64,000 bases of DNA from a virus. Numbering within the stretch: the first letter of the stretch is position 1; each line of letters starts with the position of its first letter. The stretch covers positions 1 through 64,000 of IMG/VR virus record IMGVR_UViG_3300029882_000012. The stretch is one strand, 5' to 3'. This document shows positions 42,928 through 52,259 of this stretch, piece after piece. The notes under the pieces are model-generated. The model saw only the letters and a program-made list of their open reading frames with translations. It was not told the DNA's origin and ran no database searches. The position numbers were made by a program, and so were the translations under genes.

Positions 42928-43008
42928 CCTCACCCCAAAATACCAACAGCCGAACCAAAAGAGGATTAGGAATGCGAAGAATATGGCGATAGCGTAGGCG
43001 GGTTTCAT
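42925..43008 (-). CDS. hydrophobic micro-protein (27 aa)
   Basis: MKPAYAIAIFFAFLILFWFGCWYFGVR; ATGA overlap with the upstream gene stop. Confidence 0.35.
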   Translation of the reverse strand: MKPAYAIAIFFAFLILFWFGCWYFGVR

Positions 43009-43766
43009 TGCCATTTAACCGTTAAAGGATTAAAGCCCAAATTACTAACCAACTGCGCCAAAGTTACAACTCTTTTAGCTGTTACCATCTGCGTTTCGGT
43101 CTGCAAATTGGGCATCCAATAGCAGGTGGTTACACCGTTACAAATAACTATCTTCCAATAGTAAGCGGGAATTGTTTCACCGTCAATAACCCCCTGTGAC
43201 CCAAAACAACCGCCGTATTGCTCAACATCGGCAGCCTTAACTAATTTACGCTCGGAATTCTCCGTATTAATTTCTGTCCCCACGTTTTGTCCTTGCATTT
43301 CCATTGCGGCATTATAGGTGTACGTATCGCTTAATATAGCGGCATCAGCGCAAAAACTATTCATGATCCAGCAGTTAACATGACCTTTGGCTATCTCGCC
43401 TTTACCGGCTTTATTTGCATCCGTATAGGCTTTGCTTTCGTTATCAATTCCGTTTGCGCCATGCCATGCTGCATAAATGCCTGTACGGCTTACTGCATTC
43501 TCTTTTTCGCCTTTATGAAATAGCTCATAAGTAACCAATGGCATGTGTGCTGCGGTGTCGGCAATTGACTTATAATATGGGTTTATCCATACTTTGCATG
43601 AATTGCAAAATACACTTTTGTGAGTTGAATATTTGGCGTATAGTTGTTTTACATAGGCAGCGTTTATCGTCTGTCCACTCGCAACCTGCGTACACCCATC
43701 AAACAAGCAAATCCCTATTACAGTCGCCCATCCTATAGTGGCGTAAATATAGTTTCGTGTTCTCAT
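43005..43766 (-). CDS. secreted or membrane-anchored protein, function unknown
   Basis: N-terminal hydrophobic 'IYATIGWATVIGICLFDGC'. Confidence 0.5.
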   Translation of the reverse strand: MRTRNYIYATIGWATVIGICLFDGCTQVASGQTINAAYVKQLYAKYSTHKSVFCNSCKVWINPYYKSIADTAAHMPLVTYELFHKGEKENAVSRTGIYAAWHGANGIDNESKAYTDANKAGKGEIAKGHVNCWIMNSFCADAAILSDTYTYNAAMEMQGQNVGTEINTENSERKLVKAADVEQYGGCFGSQGVIDGETIPAYYWKIVICNGVTTCYWMPNLQTETQMVTAKRVVTLAQLVSNLGFNPLTVKWQ

Positions 43767-43804
43767 CCCCCGAAGTTAGTAAGTTTGGTTTGAAATTGCA
43801 AATG

Positions 43805-44182
43805 TTAATATAAATCTATATAGGTAATAAAACAATCAATCCACTTATCCAAATCAGCAAAAAGCAAGGGGTAAAATTCGTTAACTGCTGCTGTGCTGTT
43901 TGTAATATCCTGCAATGAAGCTATGTTGTCAGCAATGCCTAAACACCCTTTCACATTTGCTACGGTATTTGCCACATGGATTTCAATTCCGACAAATCCA
44001 GGCACGTTGTTAACCAATGGCACGTAAAATTGATGTTCTGGTGAAAAGTATTTGGTTAGCTTATAAGTACCGGATGGAATTGGTTTAGCAATCTCAATGC
44101 CGTAATATTTCAATACACCATTTACCTCTACGGTCGATATGGTGTCATTGTCTTGCAATAACCTGTTTACAACTACGTTCAT
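43805..44182 (-). CDS. DUF5675-like protein
   Basis: 'IPSGTYKLTKYFSPEHQFYVPLVNNVPGFVGIEIHVANTVANVKGCLGIA'. Confidence 0.5.
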   Translation of the reverse strand: MNVVVNRLLQDNDTISTVEVNGVLKYYGIEIAKPIPSGTYKLTKYFSPEHQFYVPLVNNVPGFVGIEIHVANTVANVKGCLGIADNIASLQDITNSTAAVNEFYPLLFADLDKWIDCFITYIDLY

Positions 44183-44262
44183 ACTCCATAATTATTGTAA
44201 ATAACACATAGAGCTAATATAACTATAATTATTCCTACGTAAAAATAGTTTTTTGGTTTCAT
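44179..44262 (-). CDS. hydrophobic micro-protein (27 aa)
   Basis: MKPKNYFYVGIIIVILALCVIYNNYGV; ATGA overlaps at both ends. Confidence 0.35.
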   Translation of the reverse strand: MKPKNYFYVGIIIVILALCVIYNNYGV

Positions 44263-44474
44263 TTCTGTAACGTATCCTGTAAAATTACATACTTAAATTC
44301 GCATTGCCAATAAGGATCTTTTGGATTGAACTTTAGGCTATCCTGAATGATTGTAAAACCTCTACGCCATTGTAGCCCATCTATATTAGCCATTTCATAT
44401 TTAGTTGCTTTGTCACTATATAATGGGCGATTGCAGGAGAGTAAGAATAATATGGGGAATATGAAGATTTTCAT
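44259..44474 (-). CDS. small lipoprotein (o-spanin-like candidate)
   Basis: 'MKIFIFPILFLLSCNRP' with lipobox LLSC. Confidence 0.5.
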   Translation of the reverse strand: MKIFIFPILFLLSCNRPLYSDKATKYEMANIDGLQWRRGFTIIQDSLKFNPKDPYWQCEFKYVILQDTLQK

Positions 44475-44492
44475 GTTGGTAAAATTAGGAAG

Positions 44493-44807
44493 TTATTTAT
44501 CTTTATCCTTATTTTTTTTCAACTCCAGTAAGTTGCGGTACACTTCCCAACTATCAATAAGCCATGAGATCATGCGTGTTATTTGTTGATAGCCAACGAT
44601 TGATGTTAATCCAATCCCGAATAATGCAATCCCAACCCGTAAATAGCGTAACGCAGTAACAAAATCAGGTTTAAAAAAATCAGCTACCCAATCCCAACCA
44701 GTTATGTAAACCACTATAAACATAGACACCGCTATTCCAGCAAGCCACTTTTGAAAGTAGGTTGCATTTACTATGAATTTCGGCTCTTCCGGAATAGGTT
44801 TTGTCAT
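44493..44807 (-). CDS. two-TM membrane protein
   Basis: 'LAGIAVSMFIVVYITGW' and 'VGIALFGIGLTSIVGY'. Confidence 0.5.
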   Translation of the reverse strand: MTKPIPEEPKFIVNATYFQKWLAGIAVSMFIVVYITGWDWVADFFKPDFVTALRYLRVGIALFGIGLTSIVGYQQITRMISWLIDSWEVYRNLLELKKNKDKDK

Positions 44808-45400
44808 TAGTCATTGGCGATACTTCTGTATAATTTTGTTATACGTTTAAATTGAATTTTATTGTATATAAACAAGCCTAACATACCTAACCACAATACT
44901 CCACCACCAATAAGCAATATACGTATTAAGCTGTTTAAATCTCCTATTTGCAATTTGTTCTGTTTAACGGCCTCTTTTTGTCTTTCATAAGTACCACGCT
45001 GATATTCTAATAATTGTGTCTGCTGTTTATTGTTTATGTCCCGCATGCTATCTGTTTTTCGTATAGACCGTTCACGAACATTACTTACTAAATCGGTTAA
45101 TTTCTGAATGCTGACAGCCTGATCCTGAATTGTTAAACTCAATCGTTTAAACTCAGGGGCAAACATAGAGTTAAAGTTTTCTTTGTAAAACCGCTGCAAA
45201 TACATTTGGTATTGTTCCGGTGTCATGTGTTTTTCAACCAATGTATCATGCTTAAAATTATTGATAATTGTAGGTTGCGGAATGTATACCGTATGGGTGG
45301 TTGCTAGTGATGGAGTTTTGCAACCTTGAAAGAACAACCCTAAACAAGTACCAAAACTAATGGCGAATATCGCAGGGATAAATATTTTATACTGATTCAT
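44807..45400 (-). CDS. lipobox plus C-terminal TM protein (unimolecular-spanin-like candidate)
   Basis: N-terminal 'IFAISFGTCLGLFFQGC', charged coiled middle, C-terminal 'ILLIGGGVLWLGMLGLFIY'. Confidence 0.4.
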   Translation of the reverse strand: MNQYKIFIPAIFAISFGTCLGLFFQGCKTPSLATTHTVYIPQPTIINNFKHDTLVEKHMTPEQYQMYLQRFYKENFNSMFAPEFKRLSLTIQDQAVSIQKLTDLVSNVRERSIRKTDSMRDINNKQQTQLLEYQRGTYERQKEAVKQNKLQIGDLNSLIRILLIGGGVLWLGMLGLFIYNKIQFKRITKLYRSIAND

Positions 45401-45743
45401 GCTTATGTCTGTAAATAATCATACCAATTAATGCAGAAATACAAATACTGCAACTAAAAAATAAATTTTCGTTCATCCATTCCATATTACTGCTTACCAA
45501 TCCCACTGAATAATACATTAAACAAAACACTTTGTATACTATTGCAAATGCTATATAACACATTTCCTTATCTGTTTTATTGATCTTAAAGTTAAACAAT
45601 AAACTGATAATATTAAATCCAATTGTCACGTACCAAAAATAAGGCGCAAATATAGTGGTATGTTGCAATAAGATGCACAGCGATGCTAATATGAAGTAGC
45701 ACACTATGCATCTTACGATCCAGCTTTTACGCTTCTTTATCAT
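45387..45743 (-). CDS. multi-TM membrane protein (holin candidate)
   Basis: Four hydrophobic segments in 118 aa. Confidence 0.45.
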   Translation of the reverse strand: MIKKRKSWIVRCIVCYFILASLCILLQHTTIFAPYFWYVTIGFNIISLLFNFKINKTDKEMCYIAFAIVYKVFCLMYYSVGLVSSNMEWMNENLFFSCSICISALIGMIIYRHKHESV

Positions 45744-45826
45744 GGGGTGATAGGTGGCGGGGGTGGTGGGTTAACGGGTCCACCCAAATCTGGTTTCACT
45801 ACTTTCGGTTTTTTAGTCTTTGCCAT
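45740..45826 (-). CDS. Pro-rich micro-protein (28 aa)
   Basis: MAKTKKPKVVKPDLGGPVNPPPPPPITP; ATGA overlap downstream. Confidence 0.3.
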   Translation of the reverse strand: MAKTKKPKVVKPDLGGPVNPPPPPPITP

Positions 45827-45849
45827 AATATATCTGTTTTAAATTGTTT

Positions 45850-46368
45850 TTAATAATATTCAACTCCGGTAAGGTAACTTATAGTCGTAGTACCCGCGCT
45901 TGTACTTACCATCCTAACCAATGCGCCTACGGGAATAACTCCACATAGTACGCCGCTTTGTGTGTTTACAGACTGTAATACAACAGCAAGTGTTACAGTA
46001 TTTGAATTGGCTACTGTTGATTCAATTATCCAAGTACTTCCACTATTTGTGCTATATTGCAATGCCACGCTACCGCTTGATGTTGCCCCTATTGTGGCTG
46101 TGCAAGCAATAGATATGTTATAAAAAACGATTGCCGTTCTCGCTGTACTGACAGTAAACGTTGTGCTGTTAATGGGTCGCGTAATTCCACTATTCATAGT
46201 GGGAAGCATGGTAAGGTTGTTATAGTAGCCACTAATGGCTACTTGAGGGGTTTTTGTAGTAGCTATTTGAGTGTACCCTGCACTATCTACATAGTACATA
46301 TATCTTGTTTGAGCATTAATTGTTGCAGATATAAAAATAAAGGCGATAAGCGTGTATAGGTATTTCAT
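45850..46368 (-). CDS. signal-peptide-bearing Thr/Ser-rich protein in the fibre module
   Basis: 'MKYLYTLIAFIFISATINA|QT'. Confidence 0.5.
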   Translation of the reverse strand: MKYLYTLIAFIFISATINAQTRYMYYVDSAGYTQIATTKTPQVAISGYYNNLTMLPTMNSGITRPINSTTFTVSTARTAIVFYNISIACTATIGATSSGSVALQYSTNSGSTWIIESTVANSNTVTLAVVLQSVNTQSGVLCGVIPVGALVRMVSTSAGTTTISYLTGVEYY

Positions 46369-46373
46369 TTAAA

Positions 46374-48239
46374 TTAAAAGCCTTCTAAAATTATAAAACC
46401 CGTTGTGGTAGCACCTGTAATCGTAACTGATGTTGATGATATAGATGTTACAATACTTGATGACGGCCCGTTACCCGTCATTACTTCGGGGGTATTTGTA
46501 AACGCAGTCGGGAATGTGTATGATGCAGTTCCTAATAAAGCGGAGCAATACACTATAACTTTTTTATAAGAACTTCCCGAAAATGGTTGGCTGAATTTAG
46601 CCGTTCCACTTGTGCTGCCCGATACATTGGTTTGTGCTGCGGATGTATTTGTTCCTGCATCAATTTGGCTTGTTAAAGCTATTGTTCCTGTTAAATCGGG
46701 TAATGTGTAGGTATGTCCAGTTGTATACGTCCCCGCTAATATCTGTCCTGTATTACCAGCATTGGTAAAAATAACTGATCCGGTTTGCACAGTAATACTT
46801 CCACTAAATATTTGGAGTGGAACCCATGTATTTGTAGTATTGAACAAATCAAAATAAGTAGGAGCGGTTGCAATAGACCCGGTTCCTGTTGAAGATAAAA
46901 ATTGAGTTCTTGTTGTCGTATTACCACTTAACCGCGTAGGCGTTCCGCTTGTGCCACCATAAATAATGTCCCCGGCAGTTGTCATAGGGTTGGTTAGTAG
47001 ACCCGATATATCACTAATCATCGCAAACACATCCGTTCCAGTCCTGTTAGGCAACGATACCGTATAACCAGCACTTGGTGTTGTAGTCCCCGGTTGTATG
47101 GTTATAGCTGTCCCAACTGCCGTATTTACCAGTGCAAGTGAACCGTATGACAATGAAGTAAAATGGTTAACATCTATTGCACCGTTCACAATCTTATATG
47201 CAGCATTGCTTGTGTAAGTATATGACCCGCTTGACGACCCCGCCTGAAAAGCTGTTCCATTAAGTTGGCCCGGCCCTGATAATGTACCGCCGTTTAATGG
47301 CAGATAATAAGAGTTTACCCACGCTGTTGTCGGTATTTGTGTTGTGTTAATATTGCTACCGGGGGTTGGCGCTAATGGCGTTCCGGTGAATGTTGGGGAA
47401 GCAGAGAAAACTGCATTTCCTGTTCCGGTTTCATCTGATAAAGCCAAAGCAAGTGCCGATGAACTAAATGTTCCCGTTCCTACGTTAAAATAATTGGCAC
47501 TTCCGCTTGCAGGAGAATAATCTGTTACTGAACTTGCCGCTACAATAACTCCGCTCGAGTTTGTTTTCAATAATGTTGAAACAACTCCTGTGGTTTGCAA
47601 AGTGGGGGCAGCAAGTGTGCTTAAAACGCTAAAAACTCCCGCTTGAGTTAATGTTGCAGCGTTACCGGATGTAGAACCAAAATCCAAATTAACGGTTGGG
47701 GTTGCACCGGATGTTCCAACAGGGTATATATACCAATCTATATTATTATTAGAAGAAGATGTTGTATTCCATATTCTTGAAGAAAACCAAATAGACGGCC
47801 CATTTTGAACTGGAACGCTTGATGTTGCATTTGTACCATTATACATTTGCAATCCTATTGCGTGTTGAGTTGCTCCTGATCCTGCTATATTTATAAGTTG
47901 ATACACTGAAAACGTATTGCTGCGTGCTAATTGCGCCCAATATGTATTCCCTAATGGCTTAAAATTAGCTATGGTTTGTATGTGTGTAGTATCAACTGAA
48001 AATGTTGTGCTTGCTAAATTTAAGCCAAATCCGTTAGTATATGCCGCTCCGCCAGTAGCAGAAACGGTATAAGTAGGCCACGTTCCTGTAACTGTAACAT
48101 TTGTACCAGCAGAAACTGATGGTATTACCCCGCCTACCTGCAAACCGTTTGAAAAATTAGTAGGTGTAGTTTGGTTGAAATATGTTTGCGCGTGACAAAA
48201 CACGGGTACAAAAAGCAATATGAATAGTATCTTTCTCAT
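46374..48239 (-). CDS. tail-fibre-like protein with N-terminal Sec-type signal peptide
   Basis: '[17 protein letters not shown]|QT'; 621 aa, Gly/Ser/Thr-rich, in the fibre module. Confidence 0.5.
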   Translation of the reverse strand: MRKILFILLFVPVFCHAQTYFNQTTPTNFSNGLQVGGVIPSVSAGTNVTVTGTWPTYTVSATGGAAYTNGFGLNLASTTFSVDTTHIQTIANFKPLGNTYWAQLARSNTFSVYQLINIAGSGATQHAIGLQMYNGTNATSSVPVQNGPSIWFSSRIWNTTSSSNNNIDWYIYPVGTSGATPTVNLDFGSTSGNAATLTQAGVFSVLSTLAAPTLQTTGVVSTLLKTNSSGVIVAASSVTDYSPASGSANYFNVGTGTFSSSALALALSDETGTGNAVFSASPTFTGTPLAPTPGSNINTTQIPTTAWVNSYYLPLNGGTLSGPGQLNGTAFQAGSSSGSYTYTSNAAYKIVNGAIDVNHFTSLSYGSLALVNTAVGTAITIQPGTTTPSAGYTVSLPNRTGTDVFAMISDISGLLTNPMTTAGDIIYGGTSGTPTRLSGNTTTRTQFLSSTGTGSIATAPTYFDLFNTTNTWVPLQIFSGSITVQTGSVIFTNAGNTGQILAGTYTTGHTYTLPDLTGTIALTSQIDAGTNTSAAQTNVSGSTSGTAKFSQPFSGSSYKKVIVYCSALLGTASYTFPTAFTNTPEVMTGNGPSSSIVTSISSTSVTITGATTTGFIILEGF

Positions 48240-49387
48240 TAATTCAATACATTTATAGCCCTGTAAAACACATCGCTTATTAACCAGTGCCCGGCATTAT
48301 TTGGATGAAGCCCCGTATCCTGACCATTTGGTTGTATTAATCCTGAATTTCTATCCATAGACTTGTAAACATCAGCAATACCAAGCCAAGGGAACTCCCT
48401 GAATAAAGAGCGTAGTTGTTGTTGTAGAATTGTATCGTATGCCAAATAACCATACATATAATTAGTACCGCTTCCCGCTGTTGACCCAGATGTTTGGCTT
48501 AACACCTGTTTAAAATATGGCGCAATCCATCCCGGAGTAGCCGCTACAACATTTACAAAATTACCGGTCGTAGTGCCCGAAACGGCGGTTGAATCACTAA
48601 TAAAATTCAATGTAGTCCGTATATTCTTTACTACCTGTGACGGAAATTCAAAGTATTTATTATAGTACACATCGTTTATACCAAACATAAAAGTAAAAAT
48701 ACTCGGAACGGTTGCTGTTGAAGTGGTTAGTAATGTTACTGCCTGATCAAAGAATGAAGCTAAATTGATAGTTGGTGTAGTTATTGTTCCTGATCCGGAA
48801 ACACCAACATTATTAAGTAGATAATCAACCCCATTATTTTCAAAAAGTGCCCGTTGTAACAGATTTGTATAACGTACGTTGGTTTCTAATGAGCCGGTTC
48901 CAAAAGTCCATGAATCACCCGCACATCCCAGCGTCCTGTAACCACCGCTTAATCCTGGTACTAACTTGTTATTATCAACCCAAAAAGCAGTATTAATATA
49001 TAATGATGTGCCAGTACCACCTAATGAGTTTGTACCTTGTATAACTGTTGTATGAGAGCCGTTAGTTAGCCCGCGTTCAATAGCAACCGGAACTCTTAAA
49101 TACATAGGCGGCACTATTGATTTGTCGGAATTACAAGTTTGTATTGAGTTTCTGGTCACTCCATCCGTAGTTACTGTAAAGTCAGCGCCATTTTGCCCAG
49201 TTCCAATGTACATATATAGATCTGTTCCAAACCATGTATGTGTAAATTTATCACCTAAAACAGATGTGGCATTATATGCCCCGTTAGATGCACCAATATC
49301 AGAAACAGGTGCCCATGAACCTGCACCACTGCCAGCCGAATTGGTAAATGAAAATGAAGCATCTGTAAATTGTTTGACTGTTATCAT
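48239..49387 (-). CDS. SGNH/GDSL hydrolase-domain tail-associated protein
   Basis: Block I 'CAGDSWTFG', block V '[11 protein letters not shown]' (DxxH). Confidence 0.7.
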   Translation of the reverse strand: MITVKQFTDASFSFTNSAGSGAGSWAPVSDIGASNGAYNATSVLGDKFTHTWFGTDLYMYIGTGQNGADFTVTTDGVTRNSIQTCNSDKSIVPPMYLRVPVAIERGLTNGSHTTVIQGTNSLGGTGTSLYINTAFWVDNNKLVPGLSGGYRTLGCAGDSWTFGTGSLETNVRYTNLLQRALFENNGVDYLLNNVGVSGSGTITTPTINLASFFDQAVTLLTTSTATVPSIFTFMFGINDVYYNKYFEFPSQVVKNIRTTLNFISDSTAVSGTTTGNFVNVVAATPGWIAPYFKQVLSQTSGSTAGSGTNYMYGYLAYDTILQQQLRSLFREFPWLGIADVYKSMDRNSGLIQPNGQDTGLHPNNAGHWLISDVFYRAINVLN

Positions 49388-49390
49388 GTT

Positions 49391-49873
49391 TTATGAGAAT
49401 AAATGTAATTCAATTGAAATGTTACCACCTGTGAATGCACCACTTGTCAAGCTGATCCCCACACGTATGCTATCCCATAATGGTTTTTGAAATATTATAG
49501 ACCCTAATACAGCAAAACCTATAGGAGATGATGGTATTGAACCTACTGTATACGGGTTGCCCGTCCAAGGCAATGTAAAATAGTTTTGCATACGTGGCGA
49601 CAATCCCTGTACGGTGACTATTAGTCCTGTCGGAGCGGAGGTGTATGTTAACCCCTCGCTTACCACCGACAATATCATACTTTCGTATTCTGATAAATCA
49701 AGTTCGGGTAGTCCGTACTGTATCGTGGATGTTAAAGATGCCCCCGTTAGTTGAGTGGGGATTGCAATGTCAACCTTACGCCTAATTTTGGCATCAATAA
49801 TACCATAATGCTCCACTACAAGTGGATTCTTAGGGTCATTTTGGTTTACTACGAATATCGGGGTTAATGCCAT
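49391..49873 (-). CDS. hypothetical tail-module protein
   Basis: Track ORF, position only. Confidence 0.5.
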   Translation of the reverse strand: MALTPIFVVNQNDPKNPLVVEHYGIIDAKIRRKVDIAIPTQLTGASLTSTIQYGLPELDLSEYESMILSVVSEGLTYTSAPTGLIVTVQGLSPRMQNYFTLPWTGNPYTVGSIPSSPIGFAVLGSIIFQKPLWDSIRVGISLTSGAFTGGNISIELHLFS

Positions 49874-49877
49874 ATCT

Positions 49878-51197
49878 TTATTGTGCTGCTGTTCTTACAA
49901 AGAATAATTTACTGCCTGTTGAATTATTATAACTGTATGTATAAATAGTAGTTGCATAACTTCCGTCCGGGTTTGTACCCCCATTTACTTCATCGTTCTT
50001 AACCACAACCAATAATGTGTTTGATCCGGTAAAATAAGTTGATGCCGTTGCGTAATTTGCGGCATATAATATCTGCAATCCAATTGGTGCTGTTGGTGTT
50101 GGGCTTGTGGCAGAGGCATAAGTAACATGAATGGCATCCCCTGAATTTAAAGCATTTGCAAACGTTAAAGCCCCTGTTGAACCGTTTACTAAAGTCTGAT
50201 TCCCATTCGGAGAACCTGTTGTGATTTTTTGAAATTCTAAACCCTGCCTGTTTATAGAAGTAACCACCATGTTTATTATACTGCTTATGGTTATACTTGT
50301 TCCTTCTGAACCTGTTGCGGTGTAATAATAGTTTTGCGGAGCGTATGATGAGGCTATGGATGTTACTGCTCCCACAGGCAAATCATCACTTAAAACCGTC
50401 CATATTCCCGAATTGTATTGTAATAGCAACCCTTGATTAACATAAGACAGCGTAAGTGTTGTTGATCCGCCTGTTTTGTTAAAAACGTCACTTCCTGATG
50501 TTGTTATTGAAGTTACATTCCCGCCACCCAATGTAATCATCTTAACTAATATCAACGTACCATTTACAGGTGCATTTGGCAGTGTTATAGGAACGTTTCC
50601 GCTTGTTGTATTAGTATATACCAAATCTTGTGCTGATGCTGTGTAAGCGGCTGTTTTAACTGCTGTCGGCACGAGTTGTTTATAGTAGAATGTAGCGTAA
50701 TCTGCTGATTGTGGAACAACAGCCCCTATTCTTGTATTAAAAGACGTTACGCCTCCCGTTCCAACCAATGATCTTACAAACGCATTCGTAGAAATGGTAT
50801 CGGTAATATTCATAGGCACATACAATATGTGATTGCCTGATGCTTGGCTCGTTGCCTTGAATGCGGTGGAAGCATTACCTAATGAGTTTTCAAAATTAAG
50901 TGTAGTACCATATTCAAATAAATACAATCCACTTGTTAAATTTTGTATGCCTGTAATTGTATTCCCCCCATTTAGTAACTGATACAAACCAAACGTACTT
51001 GCTCTAATGTTCTGCTTAACAAATTTAGTAGTAGCGAATTTAGCCGAACTATCGGCATTTAATAATGTCCCCGTTAAGAATGCGCTATCCTTAACCGAAA
51101 TATATTTTTGGAATAGATAAGGTTGAGAGATAATCACAGGACTTTGAGCTTTCACCAAAATCGGAAATAACAAAAATAAAAACAATAATCTTTTCAT
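49878..51197 (-). CDS. tail-fibre-like protein with N-terminal Sec-type signal peptide
   Basis: 'MKRLLFLFLLFPILVKA|QS'; 439 aa, Thr/Ser/Gly-rich. Confidence 0.5.
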   Translation of the reverse strand: MKRLLFLFLLFPILVKAQSPVIISQPYLFQKYISVKDSAFLTGTLLNADSSAKFATTKFVKQNIRASTFGLYQLLNGGNTITGIQNLTSGLYLFEYGTTLNFENSLGNASTAFKATSQASGNHILYVPMNITDTISTNAFVRSLVGTGGVTSFNTRIGAVVPQSADYATFYYKQLVPTAVKTAAYTASAQDLVYTNTTSGNVPITLPNAPVNGTLILVKMITLGGGNVTSITTSGSDVFNKTGGSTTLTLSYVNQGLLLQYNSGIWTVLSDDLPVGAVTSIASSYAPQNYYYTATGSEGTSITISSIINMVVTSINRQGLEFQKITTGSPNGNQTLVNGSTGALTFANALNSGDAIHVTYASATSPTPTAPIGLQILYAANYATASTYFTGSNTLLVVVKNDEVNGGTNPDGSYATTIYTYSYNNSTGSKLFFVRTAAQ

Positions 51198-51198
51198 T

Positions 51199-52221
51199 TT
51201 ATACTAATCTTATTACTTCATAAAGGGCTGTAGATGATTGCATCATATTAAGTGCCGTATTTGGCGATCCTGCGTTGACATCTTCGGGTGCTGTGGTTGC
51301 AACAGGCACAGTAGCATATCCATTTTGACCCGTACCGGAAGTTGCTGCAAATTTTGAGCGTGTTTCCAATTGCGGAATGTTATTTGGCGTTAATTGATAT
51401 GAATTAGCCCCATAGGAATTTCCATCTGAAAATGTATGAGACCCCGCATCAGTTCCTTGTCCTATGAATGTTTGTCCCGCTGTATTTGGGGCTGTGTGGC
51501 CACCCGCAACTGCTGTACCCGTTGTTAATGCCCATCTTTCGCCTGTTAATGAATTATACCAAGGATAAACTATTCCTAATCCTGTTCCATCAAAATTTGA
51601 ATCGAATGTGCCTAAAATATCTCTTACAAATACAATGCTGCCTACGGTTGATGGTGCTCTTTGTAAAAGCAATGCGTTTACTTGGGATTGCGTATATGTT
51701 TGGTCGGCTGTTAAAACTTCACCAGTTCCAGTTCCTAAATTAGCCTGTGCCGCCGTACCATAGGTGTTTATTTGGGCAATAACATCCAATAATTGATTTT
51801 GGAGATATTTATTATTTATTCTATAACTGTTCATATCCCCCGTGAATTGTGGGGTATTTCCAGTCGGAGTGCTTGTGCTTGTGGCTATTTGATTTGTATA
51901 AATATTACGGGCGTTTGTATCGTCGAACGTTTCTAATAGCACATCAACATAAGATGTGGCTAAATAAAGCCCTTCGTTAAATGCATTTGCTGAATAAAAA
52001 AAATCTCCGTTAAAATAAATTAGACCCGGAGAATAGGTATTTGGAGTGCCTAAAATATAATCAAGACCCCCGATAATTCGAAAGTCACCTGAATCACAAC
52101 CCGAAAGTAATAAAAGTGCTGATAATGCGTTTTGGTCGGCAACCTGAATATCCCCTAAAAATAAAGGATTATCAATGCCCGGATATAATTTTCTTAACGT
52201 AGGAAAAACTGGATTACTCAT
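51199..52221 (-). CDS. tail fibre protein with phage tail-collar-like C-terminal domain
   Basis: 'GERWALTTGTAVAGGHTAPNTAGQTFIGQGTD...SYQLTPNNIPQ' resembles the tail-collar pattern. Confidence 0.5.
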   Translation of the reverse strand: MSNPVFPTLRKLYPGIDNPLFLGDIQVADQNALSALLLLSGCDSGDFRIIGGLDYILGTPNTYSPGLIYFNGDFFYSANAFNEGLYLATSYVDVLLETFDDTNARNIYTNQIATSTSTPTGNTPQFTGDMNSYRINNKYLQNQLLDVIAQINTYGTAAQANLGTGTGEVLTADQTYTQSQVNALLLQRAPSTVGSIVFVRDILGTFDSNFDGTGLGIVYPWYNSLTGERWALTTGTAVAGGHTAPNTAGQTFIGQGTDAGSHTFSDGNSYGANSYQLTPNNIPQLETRSKFAATSGTGQNGYATVPVATTAPEDVNAGSPNTALNMMQSSTALYEVIRLV

Positions 52222-52223
52222 CT

Positions 52224-52243
52224 CTCACTTTATCTCTTTCACT
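52224..52243 (-). promoter_or_regulatory. conserved 20-mer upstream of a tail ORF (copy 1)
   Basis: Minus strand AGTGAAAGAGATAAAGTGAG, 2 nt before the ATG at 52221; 18/20 identical to 58043-58062. Confidence 0.35.
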
Positions 52244-52259
52244 AAATCCTTAACCTCTA

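Noticed and set aside
46736-46927. Nested same-strand ORFs (46736..46927 and 58133..58357)
   Set aside because: They are out of frame inside the fibre and tape measure genes and have no independent signals.
45850-52221. Diversity-generating retroelement acting on the fibre genes
   Set aside because: There is no reverse transcriptase ORF, and I could see no template/variable repeat pair in the window.
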